NCBI GenBank assembly: GCA_964527425.1
Contig: CAZGOA010000002.1
Location: forward strand, 5,000-68,999
DNA length: 64,000 bases
Direction: 5' to 3'
Source of the DNA: an uncultured Gammaproteobacteria bacterium
Lineage (GTDB): Bacteria; Patescibacteriota; Microgenomatia; UBA10105; UBA927
Shown here in pieces: positions 18,939-28,341 of this stretch. The position numbers were made by a program, and so were the translations under genes. The notes under the pieces are model-generated. The model did not search any database. It was not told the origin of the DNA and saw nothing but the letters and a program-made list of their open reading frames with translations. How positions within the stretch are numbered: the stretch's first letter is position 1; each line of letters starts with the position of its first letter.

Positions 18939-19688
18939 TTATTCGTCTAAAATAAATTTTTCGATAAACACTGCTAATCCATCCTGATTGACGCTTGGAC
19001 AGATAAAGTCTGCAATAGTTTTTAATTCTGGTACAGCATTACCCATTGCTATTTTTAGACCACTGCCTAGTAACAATGGAAAATCATTATACCCATCTCC
19101 TATTCCGATAAGTTCTTCTGGATGTATGTTTTCTCTTTTAAGAATTTCGTATACACCAGACTGCTTGGTTGCACTTGCATGAGAAACTTCTAATGATTCT
19201 ACTCCTTTTACTGTCCCATTGAGACGGTGGCAAATAGCTGTAGGGAATCTTCGATCTACTGCTTCCATGATTGCTTCTATCGTTGAGACAGGGATATCTG
19301 GCATATAAAAGCTTAGGACTTTTTCATTGGGTTCTAAGACTGTTAAAGGGCGTTCTACTTCGCCATTAAATACTTGAACTGTTACACCAAAAGATAAGAG
19401 TAATTCAAACAATGGCCCAACGGATTCTTTATCCATCGCTATTTCTTTCACAATTTCTTTTGTTTTGGGGTCATAAATTTGACCCCCGTTACTGATAACG
19501 CATAAATCTCTTAAAGGAAGTTGATCTAAAATTGGTTTTAGTAAACTTAAGGGTCTTCCTGTTGCTATAGACACAAACATGTTTTCATTTGCTTTTGTTA
19601 GCGCTCTTTTGACTCGAGGTGAAATTTCATGAGAAAAGACAGGAACTGTTGTTCCATCCAGATCGATAAGAAGTGCTTTATATTTCAT
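18939..19688 (-). CDS. HAD-IIB (Cof-like) hydrolase, tandem paralog
   Basis: DLDGT, ATGR, TK, GDGYND, AMGNA. Confidence 0.92.
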   Translation of the reverse strand: MKYKALLIDLDGTTVPVFSHEISPRVKRALTKANENMFVSIATGRPLSLLKPILDQLPLRDLCVISNGGQIYDPKTKEIVKEIAMDKESVGPLFELLLSFGVTVQVFNGEVERPLTVLEPNEKVLSFYMPDIPVSTIEAIMEAVDRRFPTAICHRLNGTVKGVESLEVSHASATKQSGVYEILKRENIHPEELIGIGDGYNDFPLLLGSGLKIAMGNAVPELKTIADFICPSVNQDGLAVFIEKFILDE

Positions 19689-19750
19689 AAAAAAATCGTC
19701 TTATACCACGTCACTAAAACAGAGTTGACTGGCAAGACGAAAAATACGTG

Positions 19751-20911
19751 TTACTCATTCTCACCTACTATGACACGCACATCATATGCTGAGCTTTCGG
19801 GAAGGGTTGTGTCTGTTTCTCCGATTTCGTAACTTTCTGCAATATCTTTTTGAATAGTTTCTAACTGACTTGCCAAAGATTCTTTAATAATGATATCGGT
19901 ATTTTCGTATGTGTATGCTTCTGCATTTTTCGCTTCTAACACAGTGTATCCTAATTCTTCAAGGAAACTTCTCATTCGTCCACCTGCTCCGGCAACACCA
20001 CCTCCATTGAGAACTTGAATTTTTATTTCTGTTTTATTAACCGGTACGGGAGTAGGAGTTGCTGTTGGAACAACTTGTACTTGAGTAGGAGTGGGTGAAA
20101 TAACAGCAACAGGAGTTTGTTCTTTTGAACTTCTACTTGTGAAAAGTATGAGTCCTCCACCAACTCCAAGAGCAATCGCAATCATTGTTATTGCCCAAAG
20201 AATAATTCCTCTTGTATTTGAATGATGATGAACAGTAATCTCAGGCATGACAGATTGTGAAGTTTTTCCAAATAATTCTGCAACTTGTTCTTGTTGCCTT
20301 TCACTTACTTCGGGAGCTTTGTGTACTGTTATTGGTGGTTTTACCGGCTCTGAAACTTCTTCTGAATGTTCAGGCATTGGATCTGATTGTTCGTCTGTTT
20401 CATTTTCTGTTTCTTTTGGTGATTCTTCTTTTACTACCTCTATCGTTTGTTTAACTGGTGAACTTTCAGGTATGTCATCTTCTGCATCTTCCCGTACTAC
20501 GACTGTATCGCCCTCTGGTGTTGCACTTGCAGTCACTGTCGATTCATCATCTTCATCCATGAGCTCTTGGGCTCTATCGTTCAGTTTAAATGTCGGGGCG
20601 TCATCTACTCCATCAACTACTGGTAATTCATCCATTATTGGTTCAACTGTTTGTTTAGATGGTGCTTTTACTTCTGATTTTACTTCTAGTGTTGTTTCTT
20701 CGCCCTGTTTAACAACTACACTTTGCGGCGGAATAACAATGTTAATAGGAGAAGGTGTATCTCCCGGTTTTGTTTTGGGGACTACGACTTCTACGACTTG
20801 TTTCATAGCTGGTTCTTCTTCAACTGATTCTTCTTTTACAGGCTTAGCCGCAGGTTTGGTTGCTGGGGTTGTTGGGATTGTAAAACTGGGACGTTTTCGT
20901 TTTTTTTCCAT
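19751..20911 (-). CDS. Single-pass membrane protein with an acidic disordered N-terminus and a C-terminal LytR_C domain
   Basis: E/P/T-rich N-terminal ~230 aa, TM helix, PT linker, IQVLNGGGVAGAG...LGY...YDVRVIVG. Confidence 0.8.
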   Translation of the reverse strand: MEKKRKRPSFTIPTTPATKPAAKPVKEESVEEEPAMKQVVEVVVPKTKPGDTPSPINIVIPPQSVVVKQGEETTLEVKSEVKAPSKQTVEPIMDELPVVDGVDDAPTFKLNDRAQELMDEDDESTVTASATPEGDTVVVREDAEDDIPESSPVKQTIEVVKEESPKETENETDEQSDPMPEHSEEVSEPVKPPITVHKAPEVSERQQEQVAELFGKTSQSVMPEITVHHHSNTRGIILWAITMIAIALGVGGGLILFTSRSSKEQTPVAVISPTPTQVQVVPTATPTPVPVNKTEIKIQVLNGGGVAGAGGRMRSFLEELGYTVLEAKNAEAYTYENTDIIIKESLASQLETIQKDIAESYEIGETDTTLPESSAYDVRVIVGENE

Positions 20912-21080
20912 ACGTAACTAGTGTATACCAGAGTTAACTACTCGTCTAGAAATAGTTTTATAAAAATTAGTAATGCATCATTAAGTCTTGTCACTATTTT
21001 CCAGAAAGATATTTAGAAGTTTTATAACAAGGAATAACTCGATTACTCGAGTTTTCCTTGCAAAAATTGTTTCCGAAGAT

Positions 21081-21353
21081 TTAGCGTACAACTTTTTTCA
21101 ATGCTTTTCCGGCTGTAAATCCAGGAGTTTTGCGAGCTGGAATATTAATTGTTGCCCCAGTTTGTGGATTTCGTCCTGCTCTGGATTTGCGTGATCTGAC
21201 CATAAAGGTTCCAAATCCGGTTACAACAACTTTGTCACCTTTTTTGAGTGAATCGGTAATTGATTGAAAAACTGCTGATACTGCTTCACGTGATGCTTTT
21301 GCAGTAAGACTTGCTTTCTTTGCAACTACTTCAATTAAGTCTGCTTTTGTCAT
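21081..21353 (-). CDS. hup: HU DNA-binding protein
   Basis: MTKADLI, GFGTF, GRNPQTG, PGFTAGKALK; SD GGGAGGTGA. Confidence 0.96.
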   Translation of the reverse strand: MTKADLIEVVAKKASLTAKASREAVSAVFQSITDSLKKGDKVVVTGFGTFMVRSRKSRAGRNPQTGATINIPARKTPGFTAGKALKKVVR

Positions 21354-21435
21354 ATTTTCTTCTCACCTCCCTTTGGACAGATGGATAGAACAATACAAAA
21401 TTTTTTGCAGATTGCCATAGCAACCTTGTAGGCCC

Positions 21436-21464
21436 AATGTAGAGAATTTAGATTGAAGTGTCAA
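21436..21464 (-). promoter_or_regulatory. sigma70 promoter of hup
   Basis: TTGACA(21464-21459)-N17-TACATT(21441-21436). Confidence 0.65.
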
Positions 21465-21582
21465 GAAGGAAGACGATTTTGCTTTCAACTATTATTGTAT
21501 TCTTTTACTATTTAAGAATACAAAGAATTGATTTATTCCTTCAGAATGGGCTATCTCACTTGGTGAATAAACAATCACCGAT

Positions 21583-21616
21583 ATTACCGATCCAGGATCG
21601 ATTTGCATTCTGGATC
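21583..21616. repeat. Short GC-rich palindrome downstream of rny (copy 1)
   Basis: ATTACCGATCCAGGATCGA matches the reverse complement of 23906-23924 at 17/19 positions; can also pair with TTCTGGATC at 21608-16. Confidence 0.5.
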
Positions 21617-21623
21617 TGTAGAG

Positions 21624-23186
21624 TTATTTTCTGTTTTCTTTACTTGAGTCAGCTGTTGCTGTTGCTCGAAGTTCACGAATGACAGAAATTTTGATACTTC
21701 CGGGAAAAGTAAGTTTTCTTTCTATTTCATCTTTAACTTGAGATGCCATGATGGTTGCTGTTGCATCATCTACCTTTCCAGGATCAACTGCGATACGCAA
21801 ATCTCTGCCCGCCTGAAATGCTATAACGTCTGTAACACCGGGATGTGACTTGGCAATATCTTCTAGATCTTTTAAGCGTTTAACGTATTCTTCGTAATTC
21901 TCATATCGTGCACCTGGTCTTGATCCTGAAATAGCATCTGATATGTATACGAGCATAGACTCACCTGATGTAAATGGTGTGTCTTCGTGGTGTTGTGCAA
22001 CACAGTCGATAACCTTCTGTGGAAGATTATATTTTCTTAATAATTCAACACCTAAATCAATATGGTTTCCATCCTTATCCATGACTACTTTTCCGATATC
22101 ATGAAGTAAACAGCCAAGTCTAACCACGTTTACGTCTGCTCCTGTTTCTTGGGCTAGTGCTATACCAATCTTTGTTTCCTCAAGGGTATGAGCTATCATG
22201 TTTTGTCCGTATGAGAAACGATATTTAAATCGTCCTAATAAGGCTACGATGGGAGCAGGTAAATTATAAACACCCACAGCGTGACATAATTTTTGACCTT
22301 CCTCAAACATGATGCGTTCGATATCTTTTTTGACCTGATCGACAATATCTTCAATACGGCCTGGTTGTATACGGCCATCTTTCATAAGTCTTTCTAGCGT
22401 TACTCGAGCAATTTCCCGCCTGACAGGATCAAAGGATGATAAACGGATTACTCCTTCTTCATCAAGGTCAACATCAACTCCAGTAGCGTTCTCAAAAGAA
22501 CGAATGTTACGGCCTTCTTTTCCGATAATTCTTCCTTTAACCTCTTCATCAGGTACTTTTACAACAGAAACTGTGTACTCTGAAACATAGTCTGTAGCAC
22601 CATGTTTCATAGCATCGATTAATATTTCCCGGGCTTTTTCTTGAGCTTCTTCTTTGGCTTTTTCAGTTGCCTGACGGATTTCCTTGGCAATTTCTTCTTT
22701 TGTTTTTAGTTTTACCTGTTCCATGATAAGATCTTTTGCCTCATCACGGGTAAGATTTGCAACTTGTTCGAGTTTGTTTAATGTCTGATCTTTAAGTGTA
22801 TCTATCTCTCGCTTCGTTTTTTCTGTTTGTTCTTCCAACACTTTTAATCTTCGTTCCTGATCTTCTATGGTGCCTTCTCTACGGGCTAGAGTTTCTGATT
22901 TTTTACGGATTTCTTCTTCTCCTTCACGGCGAATACGAAGCGCTTCGTCTTTGGCTTCAAGTATTATTTCTTTTGCTTTTGCCTGAGCTATTCGTAGTTC
23001 TGCTTCCATATCAACGGTTGGAGCTTGTACAACAGGCGTTGAGGAAATAGCAGGTACTGTTTGCGCTGGTTGTTGAGCCGTTTTTACTGGTTCTGCAACA
23101 GTAACAGGTGGTTTTACTTCTTTTGTTTTTACTCGTTGTGGCTTGGTTTTTACTAGTTCACTGAGTGTTTTAAGTACATCAAACAT
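21624..23186 (-). CDS. rny: Ribonuclease Y
   Basis: Coiled coil, KH domain KGRIIGKEGRNI, RFSYGQN, LLHDIGK HD motif, DAISGSRPGAR; SD AAGGAGG. Confidence 0.96.
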   Translation of the reverse strand: MFDVLKTLSELVKTKPQRVKTKEVKPPVTVAEPVKTAQQPAQTVPAISSTPVVQAPTVDMEAELRIAQAKAKEIILEAKDEALRIRREGEEEIRKKSETLARREGTIEDQERRLKVLEEQTEKTKREIDTLKDQTLNKLEQVANLTRDEAKDLIMEQVKLKTKEEIAKEIRQATEKAKEEAQEKAREILIDAMKHGATDYVSEYTVSVVKVPDEEVKGRIIGKEGRNIRSFENATGVDVDLDEEGVIRLSSFDPVRREIARVTLERLMKDGRIQPGRIEDIVDQVKKDIERIMFEEGQKLCHAVGVYNLPAPIVALLGRFKYRFSYGQNMIAHTLEETKIGIALAQETGADVNVVRLGCLLHDIGKVVMDKDGNHIDLGVELLRKYNLPQKVIDCVAQHHEDTPFTSGESMLVYISDAISGSRPGARYENYEEYVKRLKDLEDIAKSHPGVTDVIAFQAGRDLRIAVDPGKVDDATATIMASQVKDEIERKLTFPGSIKISVIRELRATATADSSKENRK

Positions 23187-23229
23187 GAATCCTCCTTTAG
23201 AATTATGCTTTGAAGAATATTTTTAAACA

Positions 23230-23369
23230 GGGAGAACGCGAAGCTTAACTAAGCCCCAAATGTGTAGGTGAAGACCAATGTCTTGTTTTATTGTGTAAAT
23301 GCCTACTTAATTGATGCGTTTCTACCATGTAAATAGCCTCCAAATTGAATACTACATGTTAATTTCTGT
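23230..23369 (-). ncRNA. Candidate structured RNA/leader upstream of rny
   Basis: Nested helices AGAAACGC/GCGTTCT, AATTAAG/CTTAGTT, GTAGG/CCTAC, AAGAC/GTCTT, plus a 5' hairpin CATGTA/TACATG; follows a consensus promoter. Confidence 0.4.
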
Positions 23370-23846
23370 GGTTGTATTGTATGCGGATTTCCCGTATTCG
23401 TCAACCAAAGACCGTATAACTGAGCGAGAAAAGCCTCTACTTAAAAGGTAGGATTGAATGCGCCGCATACGTTTTTCTACAGATAGAGTCTTCCACAGTG
23501 GTAGCTTTTTTTGAAGAAGGAATCGCGCAGACGTTAATTCTTGCTGTTCATCGAGTGTTATGACTTTTTTAATAGTAAGTTCAGAAATATTGTGTTTTTT
23601 AAGTAATTGTTCTAAAAAGCGTCTTCCTTTTGCTTTTTTACCCTGATAGGAATCTATGACAAATTGGGCAAAGGTTTCATCATTCAGATAATTCATTTCC
23701 TGAAGTCTTTTGACGATGCGTTCAATAATCTGAGAATCTGTCGTACGCTTATGTAGATAATCGGTTACTTCTTTTGCAGATCTTGGCCTGACAGAAATAT
23801 ATCTCAATGTTTTGGCCATGGTTGAGCTATAAAGGGATTCATCCAT
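23352..23846 (-). CDS. recX: Regulatory protein RecX
   Basis: RPRSAKEV, YLNDETFA, KGRRFL, YLLSRGFS; directly downstream of recA. Confidence 0.92.
   Translation of the reverse strand: MDESLYSSTMAKTLRYISVRPRSAKEVTDYLHKRTTDSQIIERIVKRLQEMNYLNDETFAQFVIDSYQGKKAKGRRFLEQLLKKHNISELTIKKVITLDEQQELTSARFLLQKKLPLWKTLSVEKRMRRIQSYLLSRGFSRSVIRSLVDEYGKSAYNTTTEINM
23376..23404 (-). promoter_or_regulatory. sigma70 promoter upstream of rny, inside the recX 3' end
   Basis: TTGACG(23404-23399)-N17-TACAAT(23381-23376). Confidence 0.6.
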
Positions 23847-23905
23847 AGTACGTAAACGAAGTATATATGATTATTTTCAGGATGTTATATGGCCTTATAG
23901 TATTT

Positions 23906-23924
23906 CCGATCCGGGATCGGTAAT
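23906..23924. repeat. Short GC-rich palindrome downstream of recA (copy 2)
   Basis: CCGATC-CGG-GATCGG-TAAT hairpin. Confidence 0.5.
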
Positions 23925-23925
23925 G

Positions 23926-24975
23926 CTATTCTTCATCATCGTCATGAGTATTCACTACGACTTTGGTACCAGCTGCTCCCGATCGCATTGTTTTCCAGAT
24001 TTGATCGTTTAATTCTTTTACTACTTTAGGATTTTCACGCAAATACTGTCCTGCTGCGTCACGTCCTTGACCAATTGTTTGACCGTTCATTTTAATAAAT
24101 GCTCCTGCTTTTGTTAGTAAACCAAATTCTAGGGACACATCTAAAATACCGCCTTCTTTATTGATTCCTGATGCAAATACATCATATTCTGCGACTCTAA
24201 ATGGTGGAGAAACTTTGTTTTTTACTACTCTTACTCTATGTCTACTACCAATAACTTTATCCCCTTCTTTGAGTGATTCTATTTTTCTAGAATCTAATCT
24301 GACACTGGCATAGAACTTCATAGCGAGTCCGCCGGGAGTCGTTTCTGGATTGCCAAACATGACACCAATTTTTTGTCTTAATTGATTTGTAAAAATCATA
24401 ACTGTTTTTGATTTAGAAATCACTGCTGTTAGTTTTCTCAGTGCTTGTGACATGAGACGTGCCTGGACACCCATAACGCTATCGCCCATTTCTCCTTCTA
24501 TTTCTGCTCGTGGAACTAAAGCTGCCACAGAGTCAACAACAATAACATCAACTCCTCCACTGCGAATAAGTGTTTCAGCAATTTCCAGTGCTTGTTCTCC
24601 TGTGTCTGGTTGAGAAATGAGAAGATCATCAAGATTTACTCCCAGTGTTTGTGCCCATGCTGGATCTAAGGCATGTTCTGCATCGATAAATGCAGCTACT
24701 CCACCAGTACGCTGTGCTTCGGCAATTACTGATAGACAGACGGTTGTTTTTCCTGATGCTTCTGGTCCATAGATTTCTATAATTCTGCCTCGAGGAAATC
24801 CTCCAATACCTAGGGCTACATCAAGAGGCAGTATACCTGTTGGGATAGTTTCTATTCCTGTTTTGGCAGATGCTTGTTCTCCAAGTCGCATGATAGAACC
24901 TTTTCCATATTGTTTTTCTATTTGATCGAGTGCCATTTTTATTGCTTGGAGTTTTTGGTTTTGTTGATCTGCCAT
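23926..24975 (-). CDS. recA: Recombinase RecA
   Basis: [53 protein letters not shown]; start reassigned to MADQQ (AAGGA upstream). Confidence 0.98.
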   Translation of the reverse strand: MADQQNQKLQAIKMALDQIEKQYGKGSIMRLGEQASAKTGIETIPTGILPLDVALGIGGFPRGRIIEIYGPEASGKTTVCLSVIAEAQRTGGVAAFIDAEHALDPAWAQTLGVNLDDLLISQPDTGEQALEIAETLIRSGGVDVIVVDSVAALVPRAEIEGEMGDSVMGVQARLMSQALRKLTAVISKSKTVMIFTNQLRQKIGVMFGNPETTPGGLAMKFYASVRLDSRKIESLKEGDKVIGSRHRVRVVKNKVSPPFRVAEYDVFASGINKEGGILDVSLEFGLLTKAGAFIKMNGQTIGQGRDAAGQYLRENPKVVKELNDQIWKTMRSGAAGTKVVVNTHDDDEE

Positions 24976-25128
24976 AGATATCCTTTCTTGTTTGATCGTG
25001 TTTGTTATATTTTTATAGTTTGCTTCATAATTACACAAAGCATGATAGAATACAAGCTAGAATCTAGCACTTTCTATAGTGACAAAGAAAGATTAAATTT
25101 TAATTAAATAATCTTAAGAGATTAATTC

Positions 25129-25202
25129 CGGGGTGTGGCGCAATTGGATAGCGCATTCGCATGGGGTGCGAAAGGCTGCACGTTCAAATCGTGTCACCCC
25201 GA
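25129..25202 (+). tRNA. tRNA-Pro(GGG), CCA not encoded
   Basis: Acceptor CGGGGTG/CACCCCG plus A73; D arm GCGC/GCGC; anticodon stem TTCGC/GCGAA with loop ATGGGGT; T arm GCACG-TTCAAAT-CGTGT. Confidence 0.95.
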
Positions 25203-25348
25203 CAACCTAAATAATCAATATAGAGTATATTTATTGTTCATATTTTATACTGAATTATTTAAATTTATTAACTTATAAGCTCTATATAAAACATGTAAAT
25301 AATATTCATATCTGCTTACAGTTACTTACTATGCAGTAAAATAATCTC

Positions 25349-25981
25349 CTATTCCTGACCACGAAGTTTATAGAGTAAGATTTGTCGTGTCACCATGTGA
25401 ATTGGTTGAAGATGTAATATATATTCTTTACCTGGAAATTGTATGATTGCTGAACGTTTAAGTAGTTGAGACTGTGATCTAAAAATGCGTATTCCTTTAA
25501 ACGTTGAACTTTGGGGAAACATTTTTGTAAGAGCAAACCATACAGGAAATGATGCATGAATGGTGTCTTGCGGTTCATCGTTCCATTCATATACTGTATC
25601 CGCATCTGCAGGATCTTTTTGTATAATAACGGCAGAATATGCTTGATTATCTGCCAATAGAGATGCCTGGGTCGCTCCAAATACTATTTGCTGTAGCGCC
25701 AGTGTTTCATTTCCTTCTAATTTGTGACGTTTGCTTTCAATTGCTGCTGCTTTATCTGACCAAACTCTAAGTATCTGAGCCTTCCTTCTCCTTACCTCAA
25801 GTGTTACATTACTGCCGGTTGCAAGAAGCTCAACTTGATTACGCAACTGTTCTTCATCGGTTAATCCAGATGAGTTGTTCAATAAAAACACAAATAAATC
25901 ACTAGTTGATGAAAGCAATTGAGGAGTTTGAACTGAATACTCCCCTACGTATATCTGATGTTCTGAATGCATATCATTCAT
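25349..25981 (-). CDS. Hypothetical protein (210 aa)
   Basis: Long ORF; no motif recognised. Confidence 0.65.
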   Translation of the reverse strand: MNDMHSEHQIYVGEYSVQTPQLLSSTSDLFVFLLNNSSGLTDEEQLRNQVELLATGSNVTLEVRRRKAQILRVWSDKAAAIESKRHKLEGNETLALQQIVFGATQASLLADNQAYSAVIIQKDPADADTVYEWNDEPQDTIHASFPVWFALTKMFPQSSTFKGIRIFRSQSQLLKRSAIIQFPGKEYILHLQPIHMVTRQILLYKLRGQE

Positions 25982-25994
25982 ACATGTATGGTAT

Positions 25995-26816
25995 TTATTG
26001 TTGAGTGTTTTTCGATATCAACATATCATCCTTAGTTTGTTTTACCCAGTTATTGTAATCTTGTTCGAGATGTCTTGTTATTGTTTGAGGGTCTTTCCCG
26101 GACAGAATATTTGAGAAAGGAATTTGATCTGAGAAATAGACCTTAAGTGTAGGCAATAATCTACCTAAATGAGGAATATATCGAAGGTAATCCAGTATTG
26201 AAGATCCTTGGATATATGCAAACATAACAACCGCTGAGTGATTATGGACTTGAGTTATGAGGTGGCCTACTCCCTTAAACCAAGGTGCATTTCTTTTTAC
26301 TAGTCCGGGATTGGGGAAAAACATCACAAGTTCCCCTTGGGTAATTAGGTCTGCTGCTTTTTTTATTTGTTCGCGATTATAAAGATGCGCTTCTTTGTAG
26401 TGTTTGTGAGGTATTGGTTTAATCCAACTCATTAGCTTAATGAGTACTTTACCAAGTATATCGGTAACATGATGATCTATAGAAACGGGAATTAAATACT
26501 GATCTGTGTGATGGCTTAATCCGGTAAAGAGTTCGTTTGCAACGATATGTAGTGATTTTCGTTGAGGGAGCTGTGAAATAAGTGCAGGTACTTCGTATAT
26601 ATGTGGATGATTTGAGAGTAGTAATACTGGTTTATGTTGTAAGGCATCGCTACTCTGCTGAGTAAGACGTTTTGTACTTACTTTTGAACCTGATTCTGTG
26701 ACAATCGTTTGAAACGCAACGATAAGTCCCTGGTGTAGCACGTGTTGATCAAATTGAGCTATTTTTTGCGTTATGTAGCGTTTCATAGATACTCTATGTT
26801 CTATCATACTCAACAT
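25995..26816 (-). CDS. PlsC-like glycerolipid acyltransferase
   Basis: VLLLSNHPHIYE (HX4D/E block I), LIPV, VMFFPNPG (FPEG block), FKGVGHL; start uncertain (26786-26867). Confidence 0.75.
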   Translation of the reverse strand: MLSMIEHRVSMKRYITQKIAQFDQHVLHQGLIVAFQTIVTESGSKVSTKRLTQQSSDALQHKPVLLLSNHPHIYEVPALISQLPQRKSLHIVANELFTGLSHHTDQYLIPVSIDHHVTDILGKVLIKLMSWIKPIPHKHYKEAHLYNREQIKKAADLITQGELVMFFPNPGLVKRNAPWFKGVGHLITQVHNHSAVVMFAYIQGSSILDYLRYIPHLGRLLPTLKVYFSDQIPFSNILSGKDPQTITRHLEQDYNNWVKQTKDDMLISKNTQQ

Positions 26817-26861
26817 GCTGTCGTATTTTACAGATGCTCTATTATATCCTATAATACTACT

Positions 26862-27914
26862 ATGCACACTGACGAATTTACTAGTAGAAATATTGAATCA
26901 GGTGTAGCCTGGTCAAGGACGTCGTATGAAGTGATGGGACAACGTGTAACACTTGAGTGGAAAGATTTTTTACCACAAGAACAACCTCCTTTCACCAAAG
27001 TTAATTTTGAACCGAAAAATCTTAAAGTATATTCAGAAACTCCGATTGTTTCGTTGTTAGGATGGACTATGTATCCACAAGCTGAGATGCTTAAGGATCT
27101 TCATCAAACCTTATCCACCTATGCGAGAGCTCCTGTATATGCAATTAAAGCTAGAATTGATAGGAGTCATCCCAATTCAGCAATGTTTGAAGCAGCTGCG
27201 GTAAAAAGATTTACTGAAGATATGAATTTTGGACGGGTAAATATTCTCGGTACATCACTTGGTGGACTTCAAGCTACTCATGCAGCTGTAGCATGTGAAA
27301 AAAGTGGTATTACTGTACAAAAGATAGTACTTGTGGATTCTATGGGGTTATATGACCAATCTCTCTTTTCGCTCATGTTTAACTATGGGCGTGATTTAGG
27401 AGAGACGCAACTAAGAGTGTTATATCGTGCATTTATGAAATCTAACAATCCAGTCTTACGGTTTGTTAAAAAAACAATACTTTCTGATACATTACCACAG
27501 CCTCCCTATATCAATCATGGAGAAGTGATTAACATGCAACACTGGAGGTATATGAGAGATAGTGTATATGGCTTGCTCAAAGATATTGCAAAAACAGGCA
27601 TCATTGGTTATCCCAGAAAATTAGCTCATGAAATACAGCAAATGATATCTGTCAATGAAAGTGCAAGAAAGATAACTGCACCTGTCGTGCTTATCCATGG
27701 AATAGATGACTATATTTCAAGACCGCATCATATTATTCCTGATGGTAAAGGAGGCATAGAAAACGATTTTGAAATACGACAAGCGCTAATATCGAATTTA
27801 TATCCCCTGAGTTCTGATGCAAGGATTATTGTTGCAAGTAAATTAGGAAATCATGATTTAAGTATCGCCCGTGGGAAATCCACAGGAATAGCGATTGCTC
27901 ACTTTGTTTCATAA
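26862..27914 (+). CDS. Alpha/beta-fold hydrolase
   Basis: LLGW oxyanion region, GTSLGG nucleophile elbow, VLVDS, LIHGIDD, GNHD; start reassigned to ATG 26862, 6 nt after TATAAT. Confidence 0.8.
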   Translation: MHTDEFTSRNIESGVAWSRTSYEVMGQRVTLEWKDFLPQEQPPFTKVNFEPKNLKVYSETPIVSLLGWTMYPQAEMLKDLHQTLSTYARAPVYAIKARIDRSHPNSAMFEAAAVKRFTEDMNFGRVNILGTSLGGLQATHAAVACEKSGITVQKIVLVDSMGLYDQSLFSLMFNYGRDLGETQLRVLYRAFMKSNNPVLRFVKKTILSDTLPQPPYINHGEVINMQHWRYMRDSVYGLLKDIAKTGIIGYPRKLAHEIQQMISVNESARKITAPVVLIHGIDDYISRPHHIIPDGKGGIENDFEIRQALISNLYPLSSDARIIVASKLGNHDLSIARGKSTGIAIAHFVS

Positions 27915-27964
27915 GTGTAAATCACTATTGTAACCTCACAACTGACCAGCTAGGATTACTATAT

Positions 27965-28333
27965 ATGTCAGAAAAAATGATTGGATATATACTTCTTGTT
28001 GTAGGTATTGGGATTATTTTGTTTTCTGCATTTGATGTCATACTGGTGTTTACCAAAAGTAAGGAGCCAATACAGTTTTTCTCCTTTTCTGGTTTATCGA
28101 TAGATTTTGCTCGTTTTTTACCTGAGGAATTATCTCAACTGAATCAGATGAGAGGCAACACGCAAATGAATCAGGAAATCATTCCTGCAGATATGATTAA
28201 TATAACGAGTAATATCTTTATACATTTAATCTTTATGGGATTTTTTGCCTCTGTGGGAATGCGCATAGCAACGATTGGAACGTATTTATTACGATCCATT
28301 CATGTACACCTTAAAGAAGAAAAGACTAGTTGA
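27965..28333 (+). CDS. Small membrane protein (2 TM)
   Basis: Two hydrophobic segments; TTGTAA-N17-TAGGAT upstream. Confidence 0.75.
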   Translation: MSEKMIGYILLVVGIGIILFSAFDVILVFTKSKEPIQFFSFSGLSIDFARFLPEELSQLNQMRGNTQMNQEIIPADMINITSNIFIHLIFMGFFASVGMRIATIGTYLLRSIHVHLKEEKTS

Positions 28334-28341
28334 CCTCACGT

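Noticed and set aside
20247-20921. 224-aa Ser/Thr-rich plus-strand ORF
   Set aside because: Shadow of the Glu/Asp-rich LytR_C gene on the opposite strand
21458-21682. 74-aa plus-strand ORF, and a minus-strand fragment VIVYSPSEIAHSEGINQFF faintly like a nucleotidyltransferase C-terminus
   Set aside because: The ORF overlaps the hup promoter and rny end; the fragment is too short to support by eye
25385-25394. TCGTGTCACC matching the tRNA-Pro 3' end (possible att site)
   Set aside because: Only 10 bp, about 190 nt from the tRNA, inside a CDS, and no integrase present
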